This document shows, piece after piece, positions 3,887 through 5,236 of a stretch of DNA of 5,236 nucleotides (positions are counted from its first letter, which is position 1; every line of letters starts with the position of its first letter). Made by a program: the position numbers and the translations under genes. The notes beneath the pieces are model-generated. The model had not been told where the DNA came from. It saw only the letters and a program-made list of their open reading frames with translations, and made no database searches. Origin of the DNA: an uncultured Candidatus Saccharibacteria bacterium (lineage in GTDB: Bacteria > Patescibacteriota > Doudnabacteria > UBA920); contig CAYYEK010000041.1 of assembly GCA_964470855.1 (NCBI GenBank), positions 4,671 to 9,906 on the forward strand. The letters run 5' to 3'.

Positions 3887-4309
3887 ATGGAAGACAAGCA
3901 GTATCCAAAAGTGGTGGTAGGGGTAGTTATCTACAACACCACAGGTGAAATTTTTTTAGCTAAGGGGAATAAGTGGGATGGCCGCTGGGTGCTAATTGGG
4001 GGACATTTGGAATGGGGCGAGACACTTACAAACTGCGTTAAAAGAGAAGTGTTCGAAGAAACAGGCATGACAATAGATAAAGTGGAGTTTATCGGTATAC
4101 AGGAAAGCATATTCTCACCGGAATTTCATAAGCCTAAACATATGGTATTTTTAGACTACTATGCTTTGTATGTGCAAGGAGATATAGTTCTCAACGAAGA
4201 GTCCAGTGAGTATGTTTGGATTAAACCACAGGAAGCATTGGATACACTCAACCTAGGAACATTTACTCGAAAAACCATAGAGAACTTTATTAGTCTAAGA
4301 AATTATTGA
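3887..4309 (+). CDS. NUDIX hydrolase
   Basis: A complete Nudix box GX5EX7REUXEEXGU is present as GHLEWGETLTNCVKREVFEETGM. The 140-aa length is typical of single-domain Nudix enzymes. Confidence 0.9.
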   Translation: MEDKQYPKVVVGVVIYNTTGEIFLAKGNKWDGRWVLIGGHLEWGETLTNCVKREVFEETGMTIDKVEFIGIQESIFSPEFHKPKHMVFLDYYALYVQGDIVLNEESSEYVWIKPQEALDTLNLGTFTRKTIENFISLRNY

Positions 4310-4310
4310 T

Positions 4311-4700
4311 ATGAAAAAAGAAAGTGAGCCACGGCCAACGATACGACAGTTCAAACTTACTGTGAAGGAGGGGGGGGAATTGTATGACACACACTCGATA
4401 GCAGAATCAATCCTGCAAAATTTAAGAAAGAGTGGACTCAACCCCGACGAACTTCTTTTTTGTGGGTATGATGGTAGTAAAAGCCCCAAACAGTCAGGCG
4501 AAGTGTTTGCAACAGGACCTGAGGGGCTGTACACACCACGAGATGATACTCAAAGTGTCATAGACTACGCCTCGGAATTTGAAAAGCCTAGAATAGCATT
4601 ATACAAAGCAACCCATCTTCAACATTTAGAAATTGCCCACGAATACAAGATTACAAAAAAAGACGCATTGGCTGGGGTTATTGCTATTATTTATAAATAG
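4311..4700 (+). CDS. Hypothetical protein, 129 aa, no family recognised
   Basis: The ORF starts 1 nt after the NUDIX stop (TGAtATG). The amino-acid composition looks coding, but I see no recognisable motif. It contains a G8 homopolymer at 4370-4377. Confidence 0.6.
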   Translation: MKKESEPRPTIRQFKLTVKEGGELYDTHSIAESILQNLRKSGLNPDELLFCGYDGSKSPKQSGEVFATGPEGLYTPRDDTQSVIDYASEFEKPRIALYKATHLQHLEIAHEYKITKKDALAGVIAIIYK

Positions 4701-4716
4701 ATTTAGCAATTAAGGT

Positions 4717-5236
4717 ATGATAAAATTAGAAATTAAAACCGAAACACAAAATCGCGAGCAGCTACTCCGAGAAGCTAGGGAGGAAATTGATGAAGTAACA
4801 CAAGAAATTCAAGATAATTTTGATTCCATAAAAACTGCTGTGTTAGATAGTCTTGAGGTAAAACTTTCGGAATGGATTGAACGGATGATTACCCCAGAAC
4901 TGTTAAGGAGCTCCCCAACTCCAGAAGAGCAAAAAAATAATAGGGATAATTTTCTAAATGGGACCATGGCCACTGCACTAATCGGGACAACTGCATCGAC
5001 ACCGCTATTACTTGCAAAAAAACAGACTACTAGAAGAAACTTTCTGAAAGGATTAGTGGCATCGGTTGCTGTCGCTCCAATGGTAGGGCTACCTTACTCT
5101 GAAATACAATCCAAGATGCACGCTCAAGAGCAAGTTGCGCCTATGAAAGATAAATTAAAGCAGGAGATGGATGATTACCTTCAATTTGTAAGATCTCATC
5201 TACAACTCCAAGCTTTTAGAAATCCTTCTGTAGATA
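4717..5236 (+). CDS. Hypothetical protein, 3'-truncated by the window edge; acidic helical N-terminal region followed by an RRNFLK motif and a hydrophobic segment
   Basis: Not in the supplied ORF track because no stop is reached. By hand, the frame from ATG 4717 is open for 173 codons to the window end, and TAA at 4711-4713 closes the frame upstream. The protein starts MIKLEIKTETQNREQLLREAREEIDEV and continues to KKQTTRRNFLKGLVASVAVAPMVGL. Confidence 0.6.
   Translation, partial: MIKLEIKTETQNREQLLREAREEIDEVTQEIQDNFDSIKTAVLDSLEVKLSEWIERMITPELLRSSPTPEEQKNNRDNFLNGTMATALIGTTASTPLLLAKKQTTRRNFLKGLVASVAVAPMVGLPYSEIQSKMHAQEQVAPMKDKLKQEMDDYLQFVRSHLQLQAFRNPSVD

Noticed and set aside
4365-4386. Internal SD-like AAGGAGG followed by ATG at 4384
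   Set aside because: The ATG is out of frame with the 4311 ORF, and its own frame stops after 5 codons.
829-4534. Minus-strand ORFs 829..1026, 2729..2914, 3202..3411 and 4295..4534
   Set aside because: Each lies fully antisense to a better-supported plus-strand CDS and has no recognisable features.

Overview
This is an AT-rich, gene-dense bacterial window. The coding part (806-5236) holds a small DUF5652-like membrane protein (+) and an Hsp20/alpha-crystallin gene (-) with a near-consensus CIRCE operator in its promoter. A plus-strand run follows: rmuC, an NYN/LabA-like protein, a NUDIX hydrolase, a 129-aa unknown, and an unknown ORF that runs off the 3' edge. The gene content, low GC and lack of Shine-Dalgarno sequences at most starts suggest a small-genome Patescibacteria/CPR-type organism, but this is inference only. 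I see no integrase, transposase, reverse transcriptase, CRISPR array or recognisable defence operon, and the protein-coding part looks like ordinary housekeeping. The unusual part is the first ~800 nt, which has no credible CDS and is packed with tRNA-derived structure. It contains two near-identical tandem ~110-bp units, each ending in an orphan tRNA 3' half with encoded CCA. It also contains one intact tRNA-Asp(GTC), bracketed by exact copies of its own 5' 15 nt and 3' 13 nt. Next to these lie a block of mutually exclusive GC hairpins and two 26-nt tandem units of the form hairpin, 7 nt, G, CCA. Secondary observations are two related 14-15 bp palindromic hairpins bracketing the hsp20 cassette, a 9-bp tandem repeat upstream of the NUDIX gene, a G8 tract inside the unknown ORF, and a perfect twin-arginine motif about 105 residues into the last ORF.
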